From contig NC_092670.1 of the NCBI RefSeq assembly GCF_964355755.1, positions 20,012,795-20,076,794 of the forward strand: a DNA stretch of 64,000 nt, given 5' to 3'. The translations under genes and the position numbers were made by a program. Of the stretch, positions 1 to 12,900 are shown one piece after another. How positions within the stretch are numbered: the first letter of the stretch is position 1; each line of letters begins with the position of its first letter. The notes under the pieces were generated by a model that worked only from the letters and a program-made list of their open reading frames with translations, was not told the DNA's origin and ran no database searches. Source of the DNA: Antedon mediterranea (lineage: Eukaryota > Animalia > Echinodermata).

Positions 1-161
1 AGGGATCTAGTGCATCCTAGCCTCTAGTCAGAAAACAACAACAGGCAAGCAAGGTGAACAGAAGCAAAAATAAAATTGGCTAAGATTATTAATTATTTTA
101 AGTCGGACTGACACCTAAATAAAAAAAATCTAAGTTTTCTATCGTTAAAAATAAAACCTAC

Positions 162-228
162 CTGAACCTTGACCCTCAGTATTGACGGCGAAGATCAAAG
201 CTACTAAACACAACTTTACAAACCACAT
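162..228 (-). CDS. First coding exon (signal peptide) of an unidentified secreted/membrane protein; gene continues off the left edge
   Basis: Minus strand from ATG at 228 reads MWFVKLCLVALIFAVNTEGQGS (basic residue, hydrophobic core, small-residue cleavage region), then a phase-1 donor CAG|GTAGG at 161. This is the usual layout of a signal-peptide exon. Confidence 0.6.
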
Positions 229-491
229 ACTAGATCTGGGCCTATATCTTGCGATTTCGAGTGGATCTGATAGATTTAGATAAGACATACATCGAGAATA
301 ACTTTTTTTTTGTTAGTTGAAGAATACTGTATAGTGGAATGAATGATATACAGTAAATAAAACATTTAAAACTCGTTAAGTTGAATAATTTGAAAATTGA
401 TATAGTATTTTAATAACATTGTGACGCATCTCATTGATTGAATTTCATAGGACAAGTTAAGTACAAGTTTAGTACGGCATGCCTACCATAA

Positions 492-655
492 AGCTCGGTC
501 TACACTATCGAACTATCGAACTATAGTTGTTGGAAAAAAGTGATGTGCCCAAATGTGGTAGTGATATACCCAAATATGGTAGTGATATGACATCATGTCC
601 ATGGGCACATCACATTTTTTTTTGTCACAGAATGTTTGATAGTGTAGACAGAGCT
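492..655. mobile_element. Harbinger/PIF-type MITE family A, full copy
   Basis: TIRs AGCTC(T/G)GTCTACACTATC...GATAGTGTAGACAGAGCT, flanked by TAA/TTA (TWA target). Internal inverted pair TGTGATGTGCCC...GGGCACATCACA and CCAAATATGGTAGTGATAT repeats. Confidence 0.8.
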
Positions 656-854
656 TTAGAAAGCGTAAACGTGTTGAATTGTGCAGAAATTATTACAACC
701 GGTAAAGATTCGGAGTTTCACAAGCTTTAGTTCCCACTAGAAACGCAACACAACATGACGTACACGCAACGCAAGCGAGTTCACCAAAGGCAAGCAGCAA
801 TTCTAATAATCGCATCTGATGATACCAAAAGTAACTTGCTTTTGGATTTACTTA

Positions 855-1480
855 TCAATCAATCAATCAATCTTTATTTCCATCATAACAAACATAAAAT
901 ACAAATTATTAAGATGGAGGACGTACAACTAAGGCAGAGCCTGAAAAAAACGTTGTACTTCCTTTACAATAATAATACTAACAATAACATAGACATAATG
1001 ATATTGAAGAAACATAAATATATATAGTATAAATATACATATATATTCACAATTTACATAAATAAAGACATAACCCACCCACCCTTGTAATATTCATAGC
1101 CAAAATAAACAATTTAACTATTAATATGAGTATAAATAAGAAATATAAACTGTACAATGATGGTGTGAAAGGGGTATATGTCAAGAGATCGTATGTGCTC
1201 AGAAATCTGTGTTTTGAAATGATTAACACTATGAGAGTTTTTTGACAGGTAAATTATTCCAATATTTGGGACCCGTTGAAAATACAGATTTGATTTTATA
1301 AAAGTCTAGCCGATAGTTATTTTTATTTCTAGTATTGTACCCATGAATACTTTTGTGTTCAGTAGAAATATTATTGAATGATTTAAGTAACATTCCATTG
1401 CTATATTTGTACATAAATATACATAGTTCCTTCTTGTACAGATCAAAAACATTCAATAGATAAAGTCAAAAACATTCAAT
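855..1480 (-). mobile_element. 3' remnant of a non-LTR retrotransposon (CR1/L2/Crack-like)
   Basis: ORF 1229-1456 (-) ...CIFMYKY...HGYNTRNK...SVFSTGPKYWNNLP resembles the C-terminus of LINE ORF2. On the minus strand it ends in AATAAA plus an (ATTG)n tail at ~855-880. Confidence 0.7.
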
Positions 1481-1552
1481 AGAATGTAATTTAGATATAG
1501 ATCTAAATATTCAACATGAATTATTATTATTGAAAACAATTTATTTAACGAA

Positions 1553-2130
1553 TTTTATTTTTAACGGTTTCGATGACGATTCCGAATCGTTAAAGTTAAT
1601 GCGATTTTAATAACACATCGGTTGTATCCGAATAAACATAACAGTCAGCCACGATTTCAATTGATATATTACTACTTCTTTATGCAGGATCCTTGCCATC
1701 AATTATATAATGTAATTGTAAAGTTATAAACGATGACTAGATAAATGTGAATACATAAAAGAGTAAGGCATTTCCTACCTTGTTACAAAGTTTCTGAAAA
1801 TATATAGTTTTCTTTCTTGCTAAGAACTTTATTCACGCGAACTTAAAAAAAAAAAAAAAATCCACAATCATACAATTATTTTTTAAACGGTTTCGATGAC
1901 GATTCCGGATCGTTAAAGTTAATGCAATTTCAATACCACATCGGTTGTATCCGAATAACCAGCCAGCAGCCACGATTTCAGTTGATATTAATTAATATTT
2001 ACTGTTTAAAAATAATAAAACAGTATGGCATTTCCTACCTTATTACAAAGTTTCTAGAATGAAACTATATAGTTTGTCTTTCTTGCTAAAAACTTTATTC
2101 ACGACAACTTAAATTAATCCACAATCATCA
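1553..2130 (+). repeat. Diverged ~325-bp tandem duplication
   Basis: AACGGTTTCGATGACGATTCCG...GCATTTCCTACCTT...ACTTTATTCACG...ATCCACAATCAT occurs at ~1555-1872 and again at ~1880-2130. Confidence 0.8.
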
Positions 2131-3666
2131 CACACAAGTTGTGGAAGATGAATGGAAAATTATTATTATGTTGTGCATGACATGTATTAATCAATCACCT
2201 ATTAGTGTCAACTGTCCAGATATAGGCTCGAAGGTCGAGATGAAGGCAGTGTCTTATCATATAACTTGGGCGGTGACAGTTTACATAGTAAAATGATGTA
2301 TAATTAGGCTGTTTACTTTTTTTGATAAAATACGATTACGGTATTGGTTGTTCATTGTAATTTACTGACCCAGGTCAATTATGGATATGATTCGTTTAGG
2401 TTTATGAGTGGGGACACCCAACAACCTACAATTGAACTTCAAGTGCGTATTTTGTATAGGGATAGTTTGGCAATGATCGAGTTATTCATTGCATGACGAT
2501 ATTTGCAGAAGAGAATATGGCTTAACGGCTTATAAATTATATCTCATGGAAAAGATAAAGTACTTTTATTATATTAACCATGTACTATTCCACTCTTTAA
2601 AATAATGATTAAAAACCGCTCCCCATACCACGGTCAGCGTAGCCTGGCATTTAAATAAAAATGTTCTTAAGTCTCAAAACAAGTTTGCTTTTTTGATTTT
2701 GTAAGATTTAGACTACATTCCCGTCGCAGTATCACTATCTAATCGTTTTCTATTTGGCTATTTCATCATTTGGTAAAAATATATCAATAATTTATATTAT
2801 TTAATTAATTGTAGAAGTTTCAATTACGACGCGTTATTATGACGCGTTTCTCCACAAGTTAACGGACGTTACTGTACAAAACAGACAGCAGCCAGTAAAC
2901 GTTAGCGGCGTAAAACAACATGGTGTGTGGAGGAGGTTACAAGGACTAATCAATCTCTCCCTCGTATAAAATGTTTGTATGCTTTTATAATGACTACTTA
3001 TTTTTTCTGATCAGTATGTACAACTAAACTGTTTTGAAAAATATGTGCCTTAACAATTTAGACAAAATTAAGCTTTTCTTTAGACTAAAACATTCTCAAA
3101 TTTGTAGGCCAACCATCTCACTGACTGTATAGTGTCGGTTTGATGAACGTCCACGAGTGAATTGAAGTTTAACCGGCGGTGTATGGAAAGAAATGTAAGG
3201 CCTAAGAAGTGCCCACCTAAATTCGGCGGCGCGCCCTGAATTCAATCAATAATTGTTAAATTTTCACTAATGATTTAAATAAAAAAACTAATTATGGGCG
3301 ATATGATAATTATTGCTTTTATTTTTATAATTATTGATAATATAAAAAAATAAATGAATTGAAACTAGCCTAGCTAGGCCTATATGTGTATTGTAATGTA
3401 TGTGCACTGTGTAATATACTCTGAATAATGTGATGTGTGACGTGACACGATGACGACAGGCTTATAATTACTACCTATACTTAGGCCTATAATGTCATGT
3501 TTGATAAAGACGGGGATTATATAGGCCTGTGCCTAGTGTGTTTTTGTGGTTTAGATGTAAAATCGGATAATAATGATATTAATAAATAAAAAAGTTTAGG
3601 TTATTTTAAAACAATGTTTTAAAAAAGTTTTGATTGTTAAATTGCAGGTTATCTTGTAAGCAACTA

Positions 3667-6600
3667 ATGTCCAGTCATAAATCAACTCGACAAACACTAA
3701 CAACAGTTGTACGCTGCTTAGTGTCATTGGCTGCAAAAGAGAGGTTCAGATGGCTCCAAGACCACGCCCCATGTTTTGGTATAAATGGGCAAAATGTTTC
3801 TGTGTTGGACGGGCCACAGCAATTTTATGACACTCTAAAGGTGTATATACTGTCTATGTCGCAGTGGTATATTTAGATCTATTATAGTAATTAGTATACA
3901 GTATAGACTTTTAGTCTATCCCTCTATTTTGACAAAAAAAGTGTGATGTGCCCAAATATGGTAGAGAGTAGCCATCACATCATATTTTTTTGGCACAACA
4001 TAAAGTTTGATAAAGTAGAGAGGTGTTTATTCATATTTATATTGAATGGACAAGTTACTAATTTCTTATGTTTTTATTATCATCAATAATTATTATAATT
4101 ACTGTACTTTCCTTTATTTTAACAACAGGAAAATGTAGTTATTACTTATTCAGTCTTTTATTGATTAACTCCACAGAATGGAATTGAAACTGCACACAAA
4201 CGAGTTGTTTTAGCCTCTTTATATATTGGTGAAGGTCCAATGGAAAGGGCATTGGTAAGCATTTTATTAGCAATACGACTAGGATGGCCTACTGTAATAT
4301 GTTGGTTTTCTAGAAGTCTGGAATTTGCAGAGTTAAATATGGACAGCACAACAGTAATTGTCTGTCTGTTTCAATCGAACAACAAACTTACTCGCAGATA
4401 TTATTAAAATAACACTTTTGTTATCTTTAGCAACATTAGTCATTTAATTTCTTTTCAGATTGATAGTTTGTTATCACGATGTTTAGCATCAAAATCGTAC
4501 GGTAAACCGATTGATGTCCAAGTGCTCTTAGACTACACAAGAGGTTCACGTGGCGTTACAAATTCACGCACGCTACTCCTTCCATTACTTGAGCATTATC
4601 GGGATACATCACAGGTAGCCTTGTACCACACACCCAACTTGCGAGGAATTTTACGTGCTCTGATCCCAGAACGTTATAACGAGGTTATCGGTTTATCACA
4701 TTTAAAAGTTTATTTATATGATAATAGTCTAATTATGAGTGGGTAAGTGTATTTTTTTACTATGTGAAATTTTCAGCATGTAGTAGAATTATAGAAATTC
4801 CAGGTACACAGAGAACAGGTTTCAACCGAATTGTGATTGGTTCTCTCACAACTGGAAGATAGCTACAGGTAAATCCCTCAGGTAAAACCCCAAATTAATC
4901 GGGAGTAAAGACAACAGTAAGTAAAGTGGGTCTAAATCTTGTACGCACTAAAACCAGGCAATCAAAACAGTGTATATGATTACTATGGAAATGTGAATGT
5001 GTAAGCTTTTTTAACTGACCAATCAGGACAGGTTTATGCCTGTTCTCTATTCGCAAATATTATATTAAGGTGCTGCAAAAAATAACATAAAACTAATATA
5101 GTAGTTCTATAAATAACAGGCAATAAAGATACAGTACTAATCGTTGCCAAGAAATATAGCTTTTAGAAAGCAAACAAAAGCAGTACACATGGATTCCCAC
5201 CCATGTTTCAGAATGTACTGTTGAAGGTTTCTTTCTCATGCCAGTGTGATGCTTAACTCTGTCTACACTATCAACTAGTTTAACAAAAAATATGATGTTC
5301 CCAAATATGGTAGTGATATGCCTAAATATAGTATACACACAGCCACTCATCAAGAAGGCCCCTTGATTGTCAGCATACGCTGTTTAGAGTCACCCTCTGT
5401 AAATAAGGTGTAATAAAAGGTAAAATATATGGGCACATCACATTGTTTTATCAAGTTTGATAGTGTAGACAGAGCTTTACACTTAACAGTACAGTATTAT
5501 AATAGGTTCCAGTGGTACTGTAATATCTATATATCAAACAGCTTTTTTGCTATTAATCTTGCAGAGCAAACCTAAGCAATGACTACTTCACCAACAGGCA
5601 AGATCGATACATTCTCTTTAAGGATGTTCCTAATGTCAGTAATTTCTTTGCTAATCTTGTTTCAACAATTAGTAATTTTTCGCTGCAGCTTGAAGCAGAT
5701 AATTCAATTAGTCTTCACCCAAGCTTTCAAATACATCCTTTCAAAGGTAGTAATTATAAGTAGATAATTTTCGAAGTTTTATTGGGCTTTAGCATGAAAA
5801 ATAAAAATAAAATAGTGCTAGTGCGAAATTAGCATAAACTATCTCATTACTGTATATCTGAACTAAAACTAGTAAATGAAATATATGCTGGTGCAGTCAA
5901 CTCTCCCAATACCAGACTCTAAAAACTGTCACAAAAGGTACCAAATACTTTTTTCCATTACAAACACATTCTGGAAATATATTATGCTAGCGCAAGAGTG
6001 TCCTTTATTGGGACAGTTGACTGTATACAGGGCTCTTCTCCATCAAAAAAATGAAGAATTGTAAGCAATTAGAATATTTTACAGTATTACCTTTTGATAT
6101 TTTTTTTTTCTCAGGCAATTTTAAAACATTCAAAACAGAAGCTTCAAAACTTGTCAAATCTGTGATTAACCCAAATCCGGATAATACTGGAGGGCATCTA
6201 CACCCTACTCAAGAAAACTATGACCTAGGCGACAAAATCACAGAGAAATTAACAAATTTATCAAAATCTATTCCTTCCAAAGAAAGTATCATGTCTAGGA
6301 ACTTTTCTTCAATTTCTCAAGACTTGACAAAAGTTAATAATACTGCTATTATTTCTGGTAACTATCAAGAATTTAGTAACACTGCTAATCATACAAAAAC
6401 TAATTCAGAAATAGAATTGAAATTATTAGATTTGTTAGAAAATCAACTAACTACTAGTGATAATAAAGAATGTACAGTTGTTTCAGCTCCAGAAGTAGAG
6501 ACGAATATAAAAGGAAGTAATTTCACGGGTAGAAATATAGTACACACAGGTGATCTAGCTCTGAATAACTTTAGTGAAAAGAAAAATGCATCTACCTCTT

Positions 6601-8429
6601 CTAGCAAACTGAAACATACCTCTTATTCAAAACCACCGAATAGCTTGGATTCATCAAATTGTATTTATTGGATAAGAAATCGCAAACATCCACCTTGCCA
6701 GGACACTGCTCATAATGACTCCTTATGCAATAAATTCAATGAACCTCATCAGTGCAATTTTACTATTGATTCTGAACGCATTTCTGCCGATACTGGTTTG
6801 GTAAAGCCAGAGAATTCCTATCAATGGAATAAAAATGCAATGGCAAGTGATTCAACTGGAAATAAACAAGATACAGGTGGACAAAGTGAAGGTAGCCAGG
6901 TTACAGATGGTGATGTTGACACCTGGTTGTACCCACTTATTCAAATGGAACCGTTAGGTATTACTGTTGACCAGGAAGTTACTGAGAAACTTCTGAAGAC
7001 ATCGGGAGAGGACAGCACATGTGTGCTGGCATCTGGATACTTCAACTTAGTGGAGGGATACTTGGACCTGATCACCAACTCACCTGCAGCATATCATATA
7101 CTAATGGCATCACCACAGGTAAGGAAAAAGGTAACAGTGAAATGTGCCACAATCCTTCCATTGAGGAATTATTCCACTATCAGTCAGATGTCTGGATTTT
7201 ACTCCCAAAGAATTCTAATAAGCTGTGTAGCATCTGCATCTTGTTTGTATGTTTGAGGTTAAATAAATAAAGTTGGCACAATAGTGTCGGATGGAGGAGA
7301 AGATAAGAGAGTCCTAGACTAGTAATAAAACAAATGTTAGTCTTGTGAACAGGGAAAGAGACAAAATTCCCAATAATGTAATATTTGTTGTATTTAGTCA
7401 CTTCATTTATGTTTGCAGGTAAACGGTTTTTACAAAGCCAAAGGCTTCCCTGGATACATACCAGATGCATACACTTTCATTGCCAGGAATTTCTACAACA
7501 GGATGAAGAAGGCTGGCCAATTAGCAAGGGTCAAGCTCTTTGAGTACCACAAAGACAAATGGACATTTCATGCTAAAGGCAAGACTTATTCTTTAGTCCC
7601 TCTTGGGACTATGTCTGTAATCTATAGTAATTGCTATTTTTGTATACAGTACTGTATTGTTAAAATAAAAGCATTTTCTATTTTTGTTTGTTAGGTTTAT
7701 GGATCTGTATCAACAGGCAGACGTTGCCATCACTGGTTCTGATTGGTTCTCCTAACTTTGGTAAGAATTTCAACATATTATAATTATGTAGTTGAAAAAT
7801 CATAATAGGTGTCAGCCATCAGTTATACACAATACAGACAAGCTGATTACTGCATCATAATATTTATATACAAAGTAATTCTATATTTACCTTGCAGGTT
7901 ACCGGTCTGTTCATCGTGACCTAGAGGCTCAATTGGCACTAGTTACGGAAAACAATAGCCTGCAACAACAACTTCACGAGGTACATATGCCGATAGTATC
8001 GTTAACATGTTACAGATGAAATACATATTAAAATGACTTACCATTATTATCGCTATCACATATCACTGTAATGGTTCCAAGCACATGATAGACTTGCCAT
8101 TTAAAAAGGCTACAGACTGCACGATGCAATATAAACTGAAAATTAAGACAAAATCCAGTCAAAGAAATTGTACAGTAGCATTTAATATATAGTATACCCG
8201 AACTAACTACTGTATAATTTATCTAGAAAACCCTGATTAATCATGGCATAATTTTATTCGTACATATTATAGTTCCTCATACCGTACCGTATTTCTTATT
8301 TTTTAACAGGAGCATGTTCGCCTCTTCTCAAAATCAAAACCTGTATCTGAAGCCACATTTGATGAACCTGACCGCAAGGAACCTCTTTGGGTGCGATTAA
8401 TTGTACCTATTATCAAGAACTTTTTTTGA
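3667..8429 (+). CDS. PGS1: CDP-diacylglycerol--glycerol-3-phosphate 3-phosphatidyltransferase, mitochondrial (PGP synthase), 716 aa
   Basis: Exons 3667-3840, 4177-4254, 4459-4742, 5565-5746, 6115-7118, 7419-7578, 7695-7760, 7898-7980 and 8310-8429 splice in frame (2151 nt). Motifs: RVVLASLYIG, LLDYTRGSRG, LYHTPNLRG, HLKVYLYD, GANLSNDYFTNRQDRY, DTWLYPLIQM, GYFNL, WTFHAKGLW, IGSPNFGYRSVHRDLEAQ, and C-terminal PIIKNFF. The start codon is less certain (acceptor at 3647 implies an upstream exon). Confidence 0.95.
3913..4025. mobile_element. MITE family A, degenerate copy (PGS1 intron)
   Basis: TTTGACAAAAAAAGTGTGATGTGCCCAAATATGGTAG...CATAAAGTTTGATA matches the 492-655 element. Confidence 0.6.
5255..5475. 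mobile_element. MITE family A copy interrupted by a ~90-bp unrelated insert
   Basis: Left TIR CTCTGTCTACACTATC at ~5257 and right TIR GATAGTGTAGACAGAGCT at ~5459-5475. The segment ~5332-5420 is not family sequence. Confidence 0.7.
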
Positions 8430-9594
8430 AGAAAAGAGCAGCATATAAAACCGAACGTTAAAACACAGTAATACTGTAATAAAATTAATTTGATATGAAT
8501 CTAAACATTACATTCACACTCTAATTATATTAAATATACTGACAGTACTTTCTTTGTATTGTGTAAATTTGATCATAGTGTTCATTTGCTTAATAAGCCT
8601 CATTTCACACTGCTCCTTTTTCGATAAAACTAACTGAGCTTTCAGTTACTTTCAACCGAAAAAGTTCAGTGTGAACTGAAACTTATCAAGTGATATTCGC
8701 TTGGGAAGAAGGGTCGGCAAGATCAAGTCTGTGTGTTATCAAAGATTCCATGATGAACCCGATCTGTCGATGATGTTATTCCACAACCACTCTGTAAATC
8801 TAACCAAACAAGTGTGCATGACTGAAGGACTTGTGATTATGCAATACAGAACTTTGCGTCAATACATCATCACGCTTTAGTATGTTAACGGCATGCAAGA
8901 AGGCATGATACAATCCAAAATGTCTTTTTTAAATTTACATTACAAAAGAAGTGTAGATCTTATTTTTTTTTTGAGTAACTAAAAACTATAAACATAATTC
9001 ACTGGCTATATTCACATATTTATTTTTATAACACAATTTTAAACAACAGTATGATCAATAAATTATGTTATTATTAAAGTCCCTATTACCAACCATGTAA
9101 TAATAAAGGTTTCTATGGAATCGAGAAAACACATCCTCAACCTTAACAACTAAAATTATTACCAAGAATAAAGTAATATTTTACAGTTAGCTTAAAAGCT
9201 CTAAGAATTTCTTTCACAGGATTGATTTTTAGTTTAATACAAAAATAGTTTTAAAAGTAATATACAATAAAATTTAATATTTTCTTTTAATAAGTTAAAT
9301 AATGCGTGTCACAGTTAAATAACCTTGCACCGATACCTAAACAATAATTGCATTGTTCATAACATGTTATCCATCAACATAGATTCTGTCCCTTGGAAAA
9401 TAGAATAAAACAGAACGCCAGATGAACTAAAAAAAATGTAATCCCTTTCTCGGATCAAACCAAGATTACAATCATTTACAACTGATAATATTGGTAACTG
9501 ATTATATATAATTGATATATAATCATATGATTATATTTTATTTTTTCGTCCAGTGCCCAGAGGAGAGGCTAAAGCCAATACGTCTGAGGCAGAT

Positions 9595-9862
9595 TGTGGT
9601 TGCAATCATGGTATTCTGATTGTAATCATGGTATTTTGATTGTAATCATGTTATTGTTGTTACAATCATGGTATTCTGGTCACAATCATGGTATTCTGGT
9701 TGAAGTCATTGTATTCTGGTCACAATCATGGTTTTCTGGTCGAAATCATGATATTCTGGTCACTATCATGGTATTCTGGTTGCAATCATGGTATTCTGGT
9801 TGCAATCATGATATTCTGGTTGCAATCATGATGTTGTGATTGCAACCATGGTTTACTGGTCA
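9595..9862 (+). repeat. 20-bp minisatellite (GGTTGCAATCATGGTATTCT)n, ~13 copies, in the RRN3 3' region
   Basis: Direct tandem 20-mers are visible in the sequence and explain ORF 9594-9839. Confidence 0.9.
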
Positions 9863-9927
9863 CTGATCAATTATGGCATTAAAATTGCAATAATGCAACT
9901 GTAATTCAATGAAATGAAACTGCTGCC

Positions 9928-12900
9928 TCAAGTTCCAAAAGAGGCAAACCTAAATCCTGGTGACACACACATAGCAGAAGTTGGTGTGATTCCCAAAGGA
10001 AGCATGCTCTCCTTATCAGTGTACAAGGAATATTCCTTTTCTTCCTCTTCATCATTGTCATCTTCCTACATTAAGAGAAAATAAAATGTTTTGATATCGC
10101 ATCTTCTAGCTTCATTAAGGCCAATTTATGCAGAGAAGAACGGTAACCGTAACACAAATATGGAATCTATGTTATTCCTTACGACCATTCACACAAAACA
10201 CAGAGTGGACAGGCAGTTTCTACTATCAGGATAGTTACCGTTACTGCTCGTCTGTGTAAATTTTGGCCTTTACAGGAACCTCAGGGGCAGATTATGTTTA
10301 CCTGTACAAGGGAATGCATTCCGGAAGACATATTGGGCATGTGAAGAGAATGAAGAATAGTGAAATAGATGTCACGTTAGCCTTCCTTATGACATTACAG
10401 GGAGCAATTTGCCAATCTTATTATGAGGGAATATATGATTGGGCATGGAAGACTGAACTTTAAAATAGGTCATCACACTAACCCCAGAAAGCTGCTCTTT
10501 ATCATCGTTGACTTGTTGTCCTTCCCACTTTTGATACAGTGGTTCTAATAGTACACCAGACCTAACAAGATAAATTCAGAAAACACTTTCAGTATATCAC
10601 TTTGTGCATTAGCATAAATGTGTTATCCATAGAAATGATTACTGTTTAAACTCACATGTGTAGGAGGTATGGATCAAATGGAAAAAATGAATCCAATGGG
10701 TTCATGTTGGTGAGTTGTGATGACGATCCACACTGTGTTTGACTCACTACTGGAATGATGGCTCTGTTGTTTCGCTCAATCACAGTGTAACAAAATGCTA
10801 CTTCATAGTTCCTAAAAATAACAGATATTTTTGTAATTTTACAGATAAATAAAATATACTGTAAAGCCCAAAATGTTTGCGATTTTACATTTGTAACTAT
10901 TTCGCGACCTTTTTTATTCGCGATTTGAGTTTATTGTGTAATTTGTTGAACGAATGTATTTCGCCTCCGCGATGAACGTCAAACAATTGAATAGCGTTGA
11001 GTAAAATTACAGAATACGCGATTGTAAATTTAGGGATGTAAATAAATGTTTTGGCTACACAGTGGGTGAGGCACACGTTTAATAGGCAATCGCGAAAATT
11101 TTGGGCACACTAACATTTGGGGCTTTACAGTACTGTAATAATGAAATGTTCCAAATTAGACACCAGCTACAGTGATTAAGTTCACTTAGGTAGACCCTGG
11201 TCTCCCCCATTTCATTTTTGTTGTTATGTATATACTGAAATAGACCGAATGAATAAATCATGAAATGAAATCATGCTATTGTAATAGAAGTAGGCATTAC
11301 CTTGTGATGGTAGCAAACATACTAACAACTGTTGGCAAGCAGACTTTCAGCGGATTAAGTCTACTTGTGATGATCCTCTCCAAGTTTAATCCTTTTGCAT
11401 ACGCTAATCCCTTCTCACTTTCCAGGATGAGCTTATGACGGAATACAAATATGTAGAATATTGCCTATAACATAAAAATAAGCCAGAAATTGATACTGTT
11501 TCACTGGTGAGGATTACTTTCAACTCGTCCCATACTTGGGCCGGCCTAATATTATGTTTGGTTTTCCAGAATTTCTGGTAATCCGAATGTATTTTTTATG
11601 ATAAAATAGGATTAGACAACTTTTGGACCTCAAGAAGAGTCTGATTTTGGGAGAGTTTCTAGTTTTCAGAGAGTCTGGTACATTTTTTTCTAGCTCCGAC
11701 TGTACCGATTATTCAGTTAATTTTTGTTTTTGTGAAACAAATTGTTTTCTAATGGGAGAACCACAACCTCTAGCTAGATGGTTATAAAAAAAACAGACTC
11801 TTGTATTAAAGATGGTGTGTTTAGGTAATTAGGTAATGCTGGAATGCAAACAATTTACCTGACAAACGGAATAGAAAGGACCATGCAGATTAACATCAGC
11901 ATACGACTTTGTGCTGCCATCTTGGCAGTCAATGTACCGGTTGACCCAGGTCACAAGCACATCTAAACCAGCTTTTATGGTACTGCAAAACAAAATGAAA
12001 TTCAATGATCACAACACAAACATATGCAAACATGTACAACTTTATGAATCTCTATAAAAATTCAAACCTCATTGGTACAGTCTTTGATCTGGATAGAAGG
12101 CTTGCTATATACGATGCTGCAGCTTGTCGGACTATTGAGGGCGTGTTTGGATTTTCAATTTTCTTCCAAAGGTAATCTAAGAATAGATCTAGAAATCCCT
12201 GAAAAAATAACACCAAGAATTTTGTTGTATTAATAAGAATTCTATTGTGGGAGAGAGGAAACATGTGGATGTAAATGCTATCATTCTATTGACAAAATTA
12301 TTTTTGACCAGACAGCTGCATAGTCATGTCATAAAAACAAAATGCTGCTATGTAACAGAAAACTGACACGCAATAAACAAAAGGAAATACTAACCGGCCG
12401 AAATGTACAGATGTAAAACATAAAGAACTGCACATGGCAACAGGCATGTGTTGGCAAGACAACATGTTCAAATATCAACAACAGATGGCGATATAGTTCT
12501 TTTGTAGCTTCAATATCAAATTCAGCTGTCAATAAAAAAAATAACAAACAATTGTCAATTGTTTGATGGGCAATGGATTTATGTAGAATTTCCTTAATCG
12601 ATTTAGAGATTTGACAATTAACACCTATTTCATTTCATTCTGCTAAATTTTTAGATGCTTTCACTGAAAGACATATTTGATAAAGTAATCGCAGTTTTAA
12701 CTTTCATTAATGTCCTTATCATAATACCTATTACATTATTCTTTAAAATTGTTTAGAATTACTGTAATACCACACAAAAATTGCAAATCATCTATATTAT
12801 AAAAGAACTAAATCTAAATAAAACCGCACGAATGATACCGGCGTTGTTCAAGCTGGGGCAATTTTCAACCCCCCTTTATTTAGCTATTCTAAAAATAGAA

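Noticed and set aside
2880-2970. Frame reading VWRRLQGL, reminiscent of the human PGS1 N-terminus (FWRRLLGL)
   Set aside because: I found no in-frame ATG nearby upstream and no good donor in the phase needed to join exon 3648. It is probably coincidence within the promoter or 5' UTR.
6051-7256. 401-aa ORF as a standalone gene
   Set aside because: It is PGS1 exon 5 (6115-7118) plus intronic read-through at both ends.
9594-9839. 81-aa ORF, and similarly ORFs 60775-60960 and 60913-61170
   Set aside because: These are minisatellite translations.
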